Positions 27,661 to 37,690 of a stretch of 64,000 nt of DNA are shown in pieces. Numbering within the stretch: position 1 is the stretch's first letter; every line of letters begins with the position of its first letter. Source of the DNA: an uncultured Acidobacteriaceae bacterium (GTDB lineage Bacteria > Acidobacteriota > Terriglobia > Terriglobales > Acidobacteriaceae); the NCBI GenBank assembly GCA_937879855.1, contig CALFMO010000063.1, positions 13,996 through 77,995 of the forward strand, given 5' to 3'. The position numbers and the translations under genes are program-made. Below the pieces are notes generated by a model, which was not told the origin of the DNA, ran no database searches, and saw only the letters and a program-made list of their open reading frames with translations.

Positions 27661-29442
27661 TTATTGTGATAACACCGGCATGCCGGACCCTTCCTTCAGT
27701 ACCTGGAAGGTGTTGACGTGGGGTGCGTCAAATCGCTCGAGTGCTCCACTAGGCCAGCGCACTTCGAGAAAGTCGACTTTCGACGCCCCTCCGAGACCGA
27801 AGTGCAACCTCATATCGCTCTGGGACATGTAACAGCAGCCGCTTCGGACCTCCGCAACCTGGTTGAGTCCTCCTGCTTTGATTTTGACTCTTGCGCCGAT
27901 GGCATCGCGATTGGACCGGGTACCAACCAGCTTGAATGAAATCCAGTTTGCTTTTTTTCCGCGATTTCTAAACAAGCTGGCTCGGGAATCCAGATTGTTC
28001 ACGACGATTTCGAGAGCCCCACTATTGTCCAGATCGCCATACGCAAGGCCGCGCGACGAAGTACGCAGCAGCGTCCCCGGACCGGACTGCTCGGTCATGT
28101 CGGCAAACGTTCCATCCTCCAGGTTGTAGTAGAAGTTTTTCTCTTCGTTGAAGCGGCTGCCTCGCTTAAGTTGATCGATGTTCGGGTAGACGTGACCGTT
28201 AGCTATAAAAATGTCCTGCCACCCGTCATTATCCAAATCCACAAACGCAACGCCCCAGCCAACTTGATGCGTGCGGTACCCCAGCCCGGCCCGAATGGCC
28301 ACATCAGTAAAATAGCCGTCCCCGTCATGGAGAAAAAGCGCCGGGATGTCGTCATCAAACGTCGTGACTACCAGACTCAGCCGGCCGCTGTGATTGAAGT
28401 CTGCGGCATCTGCTCCCATCGACCCCTGCTCTTCGCCGTTTTCATTAAGGGCTACTCCTGCCTGAAATGCCGTGTCGGTAAAGGTTCCGTCATGATTGTT
28501 ACGGAGCAGGATGTTGGGTGTCGAATCGCAAGCCAGAAAAACGTCGGGCCATCCATCTCCGTCGAAATCGCCTGTAATGACTGAAAAGCAGTAATACCCC
28601 GAGGGCTGGTCAAAATGACTCTCCTGTGAAACATCTTTGAACGTTCCATTCCCCAGATTGCGGTACAAGATGTTTTGTCCACCTGGAAGCCCGCGCGGTC
28701 CGCATACCACCAGCAGTCCTTTAAAAGCGCACGAATTGCTGGCTTCCGGCGTAGTCTTAGGATCGAAGCGGACATAGTTAGCCACCGCGATGTCGAGGAA
28801 GCCATCGCGGTCATAATCGAAGAAGGAACAGCCTGTGCTCCACCTATTGCCGTCCACAGGGAGCCCCGCTTTTCTCGTGACATCGGTGAAGTGGCCGCCT
28901 CCATCATTGTGATAAAGCACATTGTGCCCGTAATACGTGACAAAAAGATCTTCCTTGCCGTCGTTGTCATAATCGCCGACGCATGCACCCTGGCCCCATC
29001 CATGCGAGACCAGTCCGGCTTCTGCGGTGACATCTTTGAAGTGAAGATTACCCAGATTTTTGTATAAGCGACTGGTGGGTCTCGCCGCACCTGCCGCTGA
29101 AGTCCATCGGTCGCCATTGACAAGAAAAATATCCGGCAGTCCGTCGCCGTCGTAGTCGAAAATCGCTACGCCCCCGCCGGTGGCCTCGACAAGAAACTTT
29201 TTGTTCAGGGGGTCGCCTGAAACATGGTGGAAGTCGAGACCGGCCTGCGGTGCAATATCCTCGAGCGAAATGGTCGGCAGATTCTTAAGAAGTGTGACCG
29301 GTTTTCGAGGCGGCGGCTCGTGATGCGGAGAAGCCATTCCCGTCTGACCGAACGACCTGCAATTAATCGCCAAGATAAGTGTCGCAAGGCAAGCCCATGG
29401 TCGAGCAGCTGGGCGAATTTTCCCGCGGGGAAAGGGGCGCAA
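27661..29442 (-). CDS. CRTAC1-family protein (FG-GAP/VCBS repeats plus ASPIC/UnbV C-terminal domain)
   Basis: Repeated FDYDGDGLPDIFLVNG-like calcium-binding repeats are present. The C-terminus NRDAIGARVKIKAGG...MSQSDMRLHFGLG...VEVRWPSG is typical of ASPIC/UnbV. Confidence 0.85.
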   Translation of the reverse strand: MRPFPRGKIRPAARPWACLATLILAINCRSFGQTGMASPHHEPPPRKPVTLLKNLPTISLEDIAPQAGLDFHHVSGDPLNKKFLVEATGGGVAIFDYDGDGLPDIFLVNGDRWTSAAGAARPTSRLYKNLGNLHFKDVTAEAGLVSHGWGQGACVGDYDNDGKEDLFVTYYGHNVLYHNDGGGHFTDVTRKAGLPVDGNRWSTGCSFFDYDRDGFLDIAVANYVRFDPKTTPEASNSCAFKGLLVVCGPRGLPGGQNILYRNLGNGTFKDVSQESHFDQPSGYYCFSVITGDFDGDGWPDVFLACDSTPNILLRNNHDGTFTDTAFQAGVALNENGEEQGSMGADAADFNHSGRLSLVVTTFDDDIPALFLHDGDGYFTDVAIRAGLGYRTHQVGWGVAFVDLDNDGWQDIFIANGHVYPNIDQLKRGSRFNEEKNFYYNLEDGTFADMTEQSGPGTLLRTSSRGLAYGDLDNSGALEIVVNNLDSRASLFRNRGKKANWISFKLVGTRSNRDAIGARVKIKAGGLNQVAEVRSGCCYMSQSDMRLHFGLGGASKVDFLEVRWPSGALERFDAPHVNTFQVLKEGSGMPVLSQ

Positions 29443-29451
29443 GAAGAACTC

Positions 29452-30462
29452 CTAGGGTGCCGGCACTGGGGTACGAGCCCGGGAACCGCCGGTCTTCATT
29501 CTCAAGAGTGCCTGCTCCTCCGCTAGAATCTGCGCCTCCTTGATGTCTGACTGCCGTAGCTCCCTAAGGTATTTGAAGAGCTCCTCTGCCTTTTTGGGGT
29601 CACCGTATCGCTGCTGGAGTCGTGCCAAATGGTAGTAGCTGAGCTCAAATTTCGGATCTAGTTTTATTGATTCCTCGTAGTCATCGATGGCCGCCTGGTA
29701 CTTTTTCAGTTCCTCATCGGATCTTCCCCGCATCATCCACGCCAGGGGTTCGAGCGGATACCTCTCTGTCGAGAGCATGAATTGTTCATTCGCTTCGGAG
29801 AAACGTCCAAGTCTAAACAACGCGAGGCCGTAATTGTAAGCATAAGAGCTGAATTCCTTGTTGGTTGGAGAATTGCTGAGGCGGACTGCCTTGGCAAAGA
29901 ATGGCAGAGCCTCGTCGAAGCGATTCTGTGTGTAGGCAATCCTGCCCAAAAAGAAATTAACGGGTCCTTCGAAGTCACGATGATTCACAAGCGGCTGAAA
30001 TTCACGACGCGCCGCATTCAAACGGCCCAGACGAAACAGACTGACGCCACGACTGAATCGCCAAAGGCTCTGCAGCGGTTCTGGCGGATTGGGAGGGCGG
30101 AGAATACGAAGGACATCCAGATCTCGATTCAGCGATTGATACAACTGCGCGAGCCTCGAGCGGACTTCCGTGTTCGAGGGATCCAGTTCGCATGCTATTT
30201 CGTAATGATGCATTGCACGTTGTGAATCGCCCAAACTCAACTCGACCTCTGCGAGGGCTGCATGATATTTCGGCTGTCTTGGGCTCAGCCGAATGGCCTC
30301 AGTCAGGGACGCCTTAGCGTCGTTGGCATCCCCATTCTGAAACGTTTGCCACCCCCTTTCCGCCAGTTTAGCGCCGGTTTGACTCTGCCCAGCCCACGCC
30401 GAGAGGGCCGCAAGGGCGAGAACAAGCACAGACGACGCGAAAGCCTGCAATTTACCTTTCAT
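29452..30462 (-). CDS. tetratricopeptide-repeat lipoprotein/periplasmic protein
   Basis: 336-aa ORF with a signal peptide and multiple TPR-like A..Y......A...F..AL repeats. It ends 9 nt upstream of the CRTAC1 gene start, so it is probably co-transcribed. Confidence 0.8.
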   Translation of the reverse strand: MKGKLQAFASSVLVLALAALSAWAGQSQTGAKLAERGWQTFQNGDANDAKASLTEAIRLSPRQPKYHAALAEVELSLGDSQRAMHHYEIACELDPSNTEVRSRLAQLYQSLNRDLDVLRILRPPNPPEPLQSLWRFSRGVSLFRLGRLNAARREFQPLVNHRDFEGPVNFFLGRIAYTQNRFDEALPFFAKAVRLSNSPTNKEFSSYAYNYGLALFRLGRFSEANEQFMLSTERYPLEPLAWMMRGRSDEELKKYQAAIDDYEESIKLDPKFELSYYHLARLQQRYGDPKKAEELFKYLRELRQSDIKEAQILAEEQALLRMKTGGSRARTPVPAP

Positions 30463-30542
30463 CGCCTACCACTTTACCTAAACTCTCTCGGCGGAGGAAG
30501 CTCAAATTGCGAAGGCGGTGGTACATGGGAAAATGACATGGA

Positions 30543-30559
30543 TGAAACGTGCCGTTTCG
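30543..30559. promoter_or_regulatory. weaker GAAAC/GTTTC palindrome (site i) overlapping a GC hairpin
   Basis: TGAAAC-gtgcc-GTTTCG lies at 30543-30559. GAAACGtgcCGTTTC is a perfect 15-bp palindrome. It overlaps the hairpin GTGCCG-ttt-CGGCAC (30549-30563). It sits 80-100 nt upstream of the TPR gene start. Confidence 0.25.
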
Positions 30560-30618
30560 GCACGGTTTAGCCAGACGGCGGCAATCCCTATGAATAAAAC
30601 CTGAGGCCAATCGACGTA

Positions 30619-30692
30619 TGGTACATAATGTTTCACAAATGAAACACAACGCAAGAATTCTCTTGACAATCAATCTGTGTCGTTCGTACGAT
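30619..30692 (+). promoter_or_regulatory. GAAAC/GTTTC element site d plus sigma70-like promoter of the TonB-dependent receptor gene
   Basis: The element is TGGTAC-ataat-GTTTCA-caaa-TGAAAC (30619-30645). After 17 nt come TTGACA (30663-30668), an 18-nt spacer and TACGAT (30687-30692). Confidence 0.5.
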
Positions 30693-30787
30693 GTGCGGCG
30701 AACTGAGGGGCGCAGTTCAAAGTCTGGCTCACAGGCAACCGTCTCTATTACGTGCTTCGCGAAGTGCAAAGAGAGGGGGAGACCAAC

Positions 30788-33700
30788 ATGCGTTTATCGA
30801 GAGCATTACTGACTCTAACGAGTGCGGTTTGTCTGTTTTCCGCCGCGGTTGCTCAGGTGGCGCCGAGCGCCATCGTGGGTTCAGTCACAGATCCGTCAGG
30901 AGCGGTCATGAGCGGAGTAGAGGTCACCATCGCCGACGTCAATACCGGATCCGAGCGAAAACTGAAGACCGGTGCCGACGGGGGCTACACGGCGGAAGAC
31001 GTGAAGCCCGGGTCTTACGCGATTACTGCCAGGGCATCTGGCTTCAAAGAAACGAAGGTCATTGGTATTGTCTTGCAGGTAGCCCAGCGGGCGCGTGTCG
31101 ATATCACACTCCAAGTAGGAACCTCCGCCCAGCAGGTTGAAGTGCAGGGCGCGGCGCCAACTCTCGAAACTGAGACCTCGTCGGTTGGAAAGGTGATCGA
31201 CACGCAGGATGTTGAGAATCTGCCCCTCAATGGTCGACAGTTTTTGCAGCTCGCGACCTTGATCCCTGGCGTTCACAGAACCTATAACCCGCCTTACCTT
31301 GAGACTACTGGGGGCAGCGTCTCTGAAAACGGTATGTCCAATGAATCCAACAACACAATGGTCGATGGCATCATGAACCAAGAGACGGGTGCCGGGCGAA
31401 TGACGTTTTCACCGAGCGTCGACATGATTCAAGAATTTAAGATGCAGACCAACACTTACGATTCTGAGTATGGGCGGACGGGTGGAGCTCAAATCGAGGT
31501 TATCACTAAACGGGGCGGGAACAGCTACCACGGCTCAGCCTATGAGTTCATCCGCAATAACGTCTTGGATTCCAGGCCTTATTTTCAAAGAGGGTCGCTC
31601 CCCGCGTTTCGGCGTAATCAGTTCGGCGGGACCTTTGGGGGACATATTCCCCACTCCAAGAAAGACTTTTTTTTCTTTTCGTACGAAGGACTCCGTCTGC
31701 GGCAAGGATTAACTGCGGTATTGAGCCTTCCTCCAGCCGCAATCCGTGGAGGAGATTTCTCCGGAACCGGAACTACCATCTATGATCCGCTAACCTTGGA
31801 TCCGAACACCGGTCAGCGGCAGCCGTTTCCCGGAGATGTGATTCCCGCCAACCGGCTTAACCCCACCACGCTGTATTTCTTGAACAGATTCCTGCCTAAC
31901 CCTGCCCCGGGCAGCGGCGTCAGCAACAACTATATATCGAATCCAAACCAGACCAACAATACTAACCAGTACAGCATCCGGTACGACAGAGACTTCTCAG
32001 CGAAGGATTCTATAACCTTCCGGTACACGCGAAACAAAACTTTCCTGCTTCTCCCCAGGGGTGACTCCGGAGTGGCCACGCCTTTGCCTGGTCTCGGAGA
32101 GCTTATCAATTTGTATGGTAACAACCATCAGGGAAAGTGGACACACCTCTTCAACACCACGACCATGAACACCCTGACTATTGGGTTTAGTCAGTACAAC
32201 CAACAACGGCATCCCGAAACGACCAATAAAAATATTATTCCAGACTCTGGTATGCAAGGAGTAAACGACGTGCAGGCCGGGATCCCTGCTTTCAATATCG
32301 CTGGTTTTAGCAGTTTAAACGATAACTATGTTTCTCCCATTTCGCAACCGTTTGACAACTATGTCTTGAACGATACTTTTGCCAAGGTATGGGGGAAACA
32401 TTCTTTGCGGTTCGGAGGCGGGATCCTCTACAATCGCACACAATCATTCCTCAATTTGTTTGATCGTGGCACCTTGAATTTTAGTCCCACGTATTCAACT
32501 CCCTCAATAGGTGCGGCGGGGAATGAGTACAACGCTTTCGCCGAATTCCTGCTAGGGGCTCCGACGTCCACGTCGATTTGGCTGAACCCAGTCAAAACGG
32601 ACTGGAGATCGCACACCGAATATTGGTTCTTACAGGACGACTGGAAGGTCACGCCAAACCTGTCGGTTAACCTGGGTGCGCGTTACGACCTTTATACTCG
32701 CCCCTATGATACTGGGAATCGGGAATCAGCATTTGATCTTGGTACACAAAAAGAGGTCTTTCCTGGTTCAGTACCCAATCTGCCAGGAGTTCCGCCGGGA
32801 TCCGTCACTGCTGAGAGCTTGGGGTATTCCCGCCAGTTGCAGTTTCAGACGACGCACAACAACTTCAGCCCACGAGTTGGATTTGCTTGGAGAATGTTTG
32901 GGAACGAAAAGACAGTCATTCGCGGTGGCACTGGCGTTTTCTACAACTGGCTTGTGATTGACTCTGCGACGAACTTAGCGCTTGGCCCGCCCTGGGTGCC
33001 GCGCACATCGATCAGCTGTAATAATGATGTTCCGTGCACGAATGCGACCAACCCGTTTTCTGCCACGATCCCCATTGGCTTCAGCGGAAACCTTGCCATT
33101 AAGACCAATAGAACACCTTACGTTGTCCAATTCTCTCTTGGCGTCCAGCGCGAGCTGACTCCGACCACGAGCTTTGAAGTGAACTACGTGGGGAATGCGG
33201 CTTTCAAGAACCTATTGGGTTTAAATCTCAACCAACCTGTGCCCGGTCCTGGTCCGATTAATCCCCGACGTCCTTACCCAAACCTGGGCGACCTGAGCGG
33301 CTACTTCAGTATAGGCAGGTCGCACTACGACTCGCTGCAAACCGCGCTCCGCAAGACTTACGACTCCACCGGATTGGTTGTTCTTGCGTCCTACACCTAT
33401 AGTCATGCGTTGGGTGACTCCATCAGCGGGCCGCAAGTCAATGAAAGGCCATCGGGTGCAATACGCGACAATAGACATCCTGATGCAGAGTACGGAAATA
33501 CCAGCTACGACATCCGTCACATTTTTTCACTAAGCGGAACCTACCAGCTGCCATTTGGGAAGGGCAGGCCGTTCGCGAATTCGGCTGCCGGCGTTGCGGA
33601 TGCGATTATCGGTGGCTGGAGCCTGGATACGATTCTGAGCTTCCAAACGGGACAGTGGATTACGCCGAATGATATCGTGAACGTCTCGAACGCCGGGGGC

Positions 33701-34057
33701 AGTCGCCCCGATGTAATCGGGAATCCGAACGGATTCTCCCATCCGAACAGGGCGGCGGAAATACGACAGTGGTTTAACACGGCTGCATTCCAGCGGGCTG
33801 CCCAATTCACGTTCGGAAACGCCGGCACGGGGATTATAGAAACGCCAGGCTATAGCGACGTGGATCTCTCCCTGCAGAAACGCTTTCCCATTGGGGAGCG
33901 ACTCGGTATGCAATTTCGAGCCGAGTTCTTCAATGCATTCAATCACACGAATCTCGGCGCACCCAATACAAGTTTTGGGTCTCCGGGCTTTGGCACCATT
34001 AACAGTATTGTGGGGTCGGCGCGGGACATCCAGTTTGGATTACGCTTTGACTTTTAG
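30788..34057 (+). CDS. TonB-dependent receptor with N-terminal carboxypeptidase-regulatory-like domain
   Basis: ATG 30788 is preceded by GGGGGAG. The signal peptide is MRLSRALLTLTSAVCLFSAAVAQ. The CarboxypepD_reg-like segment is GSVTDPSGAVMSGVEVTIADVNTGSERKLKTGADGGYTAEDVKPGSYAITARASGF. The plug region is ENLPLNGRQF. The C-terminus RDIQFGLRFDF has the terminal aromatic residue typical of outer-membrane barrels. Confidence 0.9.
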   Translation: MRLSRALLTLTSAVCLFSAAVAQVAPSAIVGSVTDPSGAVMSGVEVTIADVNTGSERKLKTGADGGYTAEDVKPGSYAITARASGFKETKVIGIVLQVAQRARVDITLQVGTSAQQVEVQGAAPTLETETSSVGKVIDTQDVENLPLNGRQFLQLATLIPGVHRTYNPPYLETTGGSVSENGMSNESNNTMVDGIMNQETGAGRMTFSPSVDMIQEFKMQTNTYDSEYGRTGGAQIEVITKRGGNSYHGSAYEFIRNNVLDSRPYFQRGSLPAFRRNQFGGTFGGHIPHSKKDFFFFSYEGLRLRQGLTAVLSLPPAAIRGGDFSGTGTTIYDPLTLDPNTGQRQPFPGDVIPANRLNPTTLYFLNRFLPNPAPGSGVSNNYISNPNQTNNTNQYSIRYDRDFSAKDSITFRYTRNKTFLLLPRGDSGVATPLPGLGELINLYGNNHQGKWTHLFNTTTMNTLTIGFSQYNQQRHPETTNKNIIPDSGMQGVNDVQAGIPAFNIAGFSSLNDNYVSPISQPFDNYVLNDTFAKVWGKHSLRFGGGILYNRTQSFLNLFDRGTLNFSPTYSTPSIGAAGNEYNAFAEFLLGAPTSTSIWLNPVKTDWRSHTEYWFLQDDWKVTPNLSVNLGARYDLYTRPYDTGNRESAFDLGTQKEVFPGSVPNLPGVPPGSVTAESLGYSRQLQFQTTHNNFSPRVGFAWRMFGNEKTVIRGGTGVFYNWLVIDSATNLALGPPWVPRTSISCNNDVPCTNATNPFSATIPIGFSGNLAIKTNRTPYVVQFSLGVQRELTPTTSFEVNYVGNAAFKNLLGLNLNQPVPGPGPINPRRPYPNLGDLSGYFSIGRSHYDSLQTALRKTYDSTGLVVLASYTYSHALGDSISGPQVNERPSGAIRDNRHPDAEYGNTSYDIRHIFSLSGTYQLPFGKGRPFANSAAGVADAIIGGWSLDTILSFQTGQWITPNDIVNVSNAGGSRPDVIGNPNGFSHPNRAAEIRQWFNTAAFQRAAQFTFGNAGTGIIETPGYSDVDLSLQKRFPIGERLGMQFRAEFFNAFNHTNLGAPNTSFGSPGFGTINSIVGSARDIQFGLRFDF

Positions 34058-34084
34058 TGGCGAAGTGCAACGTTCTTGAGATAA

Positions 34085-34121
34085 GCCGCTGAGAAAGCGT
34101 ATCTTCCAGCGGCCTATTTCT
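34085..34121 (+). terminator. candidate Rho-independent terminator after the TonB-dependent receptor gene
   Basis: The stem is GCCGCTG (34085-34091) with CAGCGGC (34107-34113) around a 15-nt loop. It is followed by CTATTTCT. The T-tract is short, so strength is uncertain. Confidence 0.4.
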
Positions 34122-34283
34122 CGCGCACGATTGTATACGAGTGGTGCTGCCCCCAAATGACTGTTGTGTCCTAGTCAGACCATCCTACGCTCGCTGGGAA
34201 TCGAAGAATCGCGAGGACTGATCGCACCTTCGTTTTGTCAGCGAAAGTCACCCAGAACTTTGATGTTGGATTAAGGTAAAGCC

Positions 34284-36419
34284 ATGTCCAACGGTATAAC
34301 TCGTCGCGTATTCCTGCAGTCGACCTCGATGCTAGCGGGAGCAACTTTGATCGGGACATCGGCGGCGCCGGGTGCCCCACTGCCGGCTTCGCCAGCGGAG
34401 GCCGACCTCGGTGAGACTGAAACCGCGCTGACACTGCGGCTGCAGAGCGAAGATGTAGTCGAGGCAGAAATACGCGAGTACCTGATGAAGCGGGTTCGAC
34501 CGCTCCCCGAGCCGAAGAGCGCGGCCGAGTGGACCGCCGACGAAAAGCGCTTACGGAAACACCTGCTGGAGAATGTGATATTTCATGGATGGCCGAAGGA
34601 ATGGGTGGATTCACCGCCCAAATTCGAGGATCTCGGGCTTATCCCGTCGGGAAAGGGATACCGCTTACGCAAGCTCCGATACGAAATTGTTCCGGGATTT
34701 CTGACGACCGCACTTCTGCGCGAACCAGAGAACCCGAGCGGAAAGTGTCCTGCAACGATCAACGTAAACGGCCATGACCCGAGTGGAAAAGCGGCCAAGT
34801 ATGAGCAGAAGCGCTGCATCAACAACGCTCTGCAAGGAATGTACGCCTTGAGCCTAGAGTGGGTAGGAATGGGGGAAATGGCCCGTCCTGAGAATGATCA
34901 CTGGAACGGATCGCACCTTAATCTTGTCGGGGCCAGTCCCACCGGATTGCACTATCTCGCGCTACGTCGGGGCCTAGACTACCTCTGCCAACATCCCAAC
35001 GTAGATTGCAGAAAAATCGGTATTACCGGACTTTCCGGGGGCGCGTGGCAGAGCATTATCAGTGCCTCCTTGGACGAGCGCATCGCCGCCGCGATACCCG
35101 CGTGCGGATACTTCTCGTTCACATCGGCAATCGAGCGCAACTCGGATGTGGGAGACATGGAGTATCATCCGCACGACCTGTTTATTGATGGCGATTACTC
35201 GACGCTTACCGCCATGATGGCGCCGCGACCCACGATGTTGATTTACGGAGCGGTGGACGAATACGGACTGCGAGCTCCGCTGCAGAAGCCTCATCTTTAT
35301 GACGAGGTAAAGCCCTTCTTTAAGTTGTACGGGAAGGAAGATAATTTCGTATGGCACGAAAATCTCGATCCCGGAACACACAACTATGAACTCGACAATC
35401 GCGAGCAATCCTACGCGTTCTTTACTAAGCACTTTGGTCTTCCGGTTGTCGATCGCGAAGTGTCGGTCGATTCCGACATGAAAACCTACGAAGAGCTCAA
35501 GGTAGGCATTCCGGCAGATAACCTCACCATTACCAGTCTAGCAAGAAAGATGGCCGCGCAAATCCAACGCTCGCCTGTACCGGGGGATGCGATGGCCAGA
35601 GGCATGTGGGCCACAAAGTCGAGAGCGCGACTTAAGGAAGTTGTGCGTTATTCGCCCGTGACGGTGAAACATGAGTGGCCTCAGTTCAGCGATCGAAGCA
35701 AAGGAATCGAGACGCTGGGCTGTCTCCTTGAATTCACTAACGACCTTAGGGCCACCGCTGTGTGGGTTAGATCAACATCTACCACCGATAATGCTCCGGT
35801 GGCAATTGTGCTGGATGACAGCGGCGGCCGATCGACCGGAACCGATCTTCTTTCGGAACATCTCAAGCGCGGGGATCAGGTTCTGGCCGTGAATTTAATC
35901 TTCACCGGAGACGCGTCGCCCGACTACCCTAAGAATGAACCCGTGCATGTGCCCGAGGTGTACACCCAATTATTAACCTCGCCGAAACAGATGCCCGGAG
36001 TGGTGGGATGGCTAAAGACGAGGCCGCCCTCCGCGTTATATGGATTGTTGTTGTCTGCCGCGGGAGACCGTCCACTAGGCATGCAGGCGGCACAGTTGAT
36101 TGGAATTGCAGACTGGGTGCGGCAAAAGAGGGGCTCGCGTTCCATCTCCGTGGAAACAATTGGGATTAGGAATCAGGTCACGGCATTGATCGCCGCGGGG
36201 CTGGAGCCGACGCGTTTTTCCGACCTCAAGGTTCGCGAAGGCATGAAGAGCCTGGGCTATCTGCTGGAGGACGACGTCCATTATCAGGATGCCCCCGATC
36301 TATTTTGCCTCGATCTGTACAAAGATTTCGATATCGACCTTTTGGCAGCGCTCGGCGAGCCCACAAAAATTACTCAGACATACATCGAGGCTCGACCTGT
36401 TAGCGCGAAAAGGAGCTAA
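34284..36419 (+). CDS. Tat-signal alpha/beta hydrolase (acetyl-xylan-esterase/dienelactone-hydrolase-like) with C-terminal extension
   Basis: 711-aa ORF with the twin-arginine signal MSNGITRRVFLQSTSMLAGATLIG. The nucleophile elbow is GITGLSGGAW. The context LALRRGLDYLCQHPNVDCRKIGI is typical of AXE1/DLH-fold esterases. Confidence 0.7.
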   Translation: MSNGITRRVFLQSTSMLAGATLIGTSAAPGAPLPASPAEADLGETETALTLRLQSEDVVEAEIREYLMKRVRPLPEPKSAAEWTADEKRLRKHLLENVIFHGWPKEWVDSPPKFEDLGLIPSGKGYRLRKLRYEIVPGFLTTALLREPENPSGKCPATINVNGHDPSGKAAKYEQKRCINNALQGMYALSLEWVGMGEMARPENDHWNGSHLNLVGASPTGLHYLALRRGLDYLCQHPNVDCRKIGITGLSGGAWQSIISASLDERIAAAIPACGYFSFTSAIERNSDVGDMEYHPHDLFIDGDYSTLTAMMAPRPTMLIYGAVDEYGLRAPLQKPHLYDEVKPFFKLYGKEDNFVWHENLDPGTHNYELDNREQSYAFFTKHFGLPVVDREVSVDSDMKTYEELKVGIPADNLTITSLARKMAAQIQRSPVPGDAMARGMWATKSRARLKEVVRYSPVTVKHEWPQFSDRSKGIETLGCLLEFTNDLRATAVWVRSTSTTDNAPVAIVLDDSGGRSTGTDLLSEHLKRGDQVLAVNLIFTGDASPDYPKNEPVHVPEVYTQLLTSPKQMPGVVGWLKTRPPSALYGLLLSAAGDRPLGMQAAQLIGIADWVRQKRGSRSISVETIGIRNQVTALIAAGLEPTRFSDLKVREGMKSLGYLLEDDVHYQDAPDLFCLDLYKDFDIDLLAALGEPTKITQTYIEARPVSAKRS

Positions 36420-36781
36420 GACTGTCGAAGAGACGGTGAAGACCCACTTTCCGTGTTTAGCTGCGATCTATGTACGTAGGGCATTTGCACTTCTCTAATA
36501 GCAGACAATATTGTTCTTCGCTGTCTCGGAGGCGATCCTTCGCGGATTTTCGTTTGGAAATATCTCCGCCATACCCGAGGCGTACATCGGATCGCTGTCC
36601 TGGCCGAAAATGGCCGACTGGCTGGTTCAACACGTATCGTACGGCCCGTCCTTCTTCCTGGCGCCCGCAATGATTGTGTAAGTTTTTACATGGAGTTTTC
36701 TTGTTGGTGCCCAGCAGAATGAGTCATGTCGAACGTGGAACGAGTTTGCATTCGGGGGTTACGGGTGTACGCTAGGTATCG

Positions 36782-37690
36782 TCAGGAGAGCGCAAAAAAG
36801 CGATTCTCTAATTGCCCTGTCACACCGGTTTCCATTGCATAGAGTCCGCCCGCTAAGCGGTCACCTGGCGGGGAGTCGGCCGAGGCCGTTGTGATATATA
36901 GCGTTCTTCGATCGGCACCGCCAAAGGTGCAGGTCGTGATATTCTTCACCGGCATTTCGATGATACGGTCTATTTTGCCGTCGGGTGCGACTCGGACGAC
37001 ACATCCGCCGGAGTATCGACAGTTCCACAAATAACCATCGGCATCAACGGTGGACCCGTCCGGTAGGCCCCGCGGAAAGTCCTGCAGAAATGGCGCCTCG
37101 CCTGACACCTTGCCCGTGCCCGGATCGTAATCATACGACCAAATCGTGTTAGCGAGGCTATCTCCAAAATAGAATCTCCGGTGGTCGGGGCTCCACGCCA
37201 GAGTGTTAGAGATTCCGAGTTCACGCCGCCATATGCTCACTTCACCGTTTGGATCCACGCGGTAGAGAACGCCGTCCGTGCCACCGGCTTCGCTTGCCGA
37301 GCCATCCGCATTCACGTTGTTGCGCATGGATCCGATCCAAAGCGAACCGCGAGGATCGGCCCGTGCGTCGTTACACCGGACCTTGGGGAAGCCATCCAGA
37401 TGAAAGCCGTGTTCGCGGCGAATGTCCGACGCGGGTTCCCAGAAAATCACGCGCGAGCCCAGCACGACTGTGAGTACTCCATTCTGGTTTGTCAAGACTA
37501 AGGCTGTGACCGGTTCGTCGAAAAACCATGTGCGAACACACTGGTCAGCGAGAGTAAAACGATGCACCAGGAAACGGTTGACATCAGTCCAATACACCGC
37601 CTCTTCCGCGGCATGCCATACCGCGCCTTCTCCGCATCGGTCGCCAGTCGGTGCAACACAGATGGGCGATGACATCATCAGCGCACTCAT
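36782..37690 (-). CDS. SMP-30/gluconolactonase/LRE family lactonase
   Basis: The 302-aa product has GEGAVWHAAEEAVYWTDV, GPDGSTVDADGYLWNC and TTCTFGG..RRTLYITTA, typical of six-bladed SMP-30/gluconolactonase proteins. Its start overlaps the stop of the upstream MFS gene by 4 nt (ATGA). Confidence 0.85.
   Translation of the reverse strand: MSALMMSSPICVAPTGDRCGEGAVWHAAEEAVYWTDVNRFLVHRFTLADQCVRTWFFDEPVTALVLTNQNGVLTVVLGSRVIFWEPASDIRREHGFHLDGFPKVRCNDARADPRGSLWIGSMRNNVNADGSASEAGGTDGVLYRVDPNGEVSIWRRELGISNTLAWSPDHRRFYFGDSLANTIWSYDYDPGTGKVSGEAPFLQDFPRGLPDGSTVDADGYLWNCRYSGGCVVRVAPDGKIDRIIEMPVKNITTCTFGGADRRTLYITTASADSPPGDRLAGGLYAMETGVTGQLENRFFALS

Noticed and set aside
36420-36781. 360-bp gap with short ORFs, including a minus-strand frame reading DRLRDSEEQYCLLLEK (like a PAS-sensor N-terminus)
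   Set aside because: The match is a single short motif with no start codon or ribosome-binding site. I treat the region as an intergenic convergent-gene spacer.
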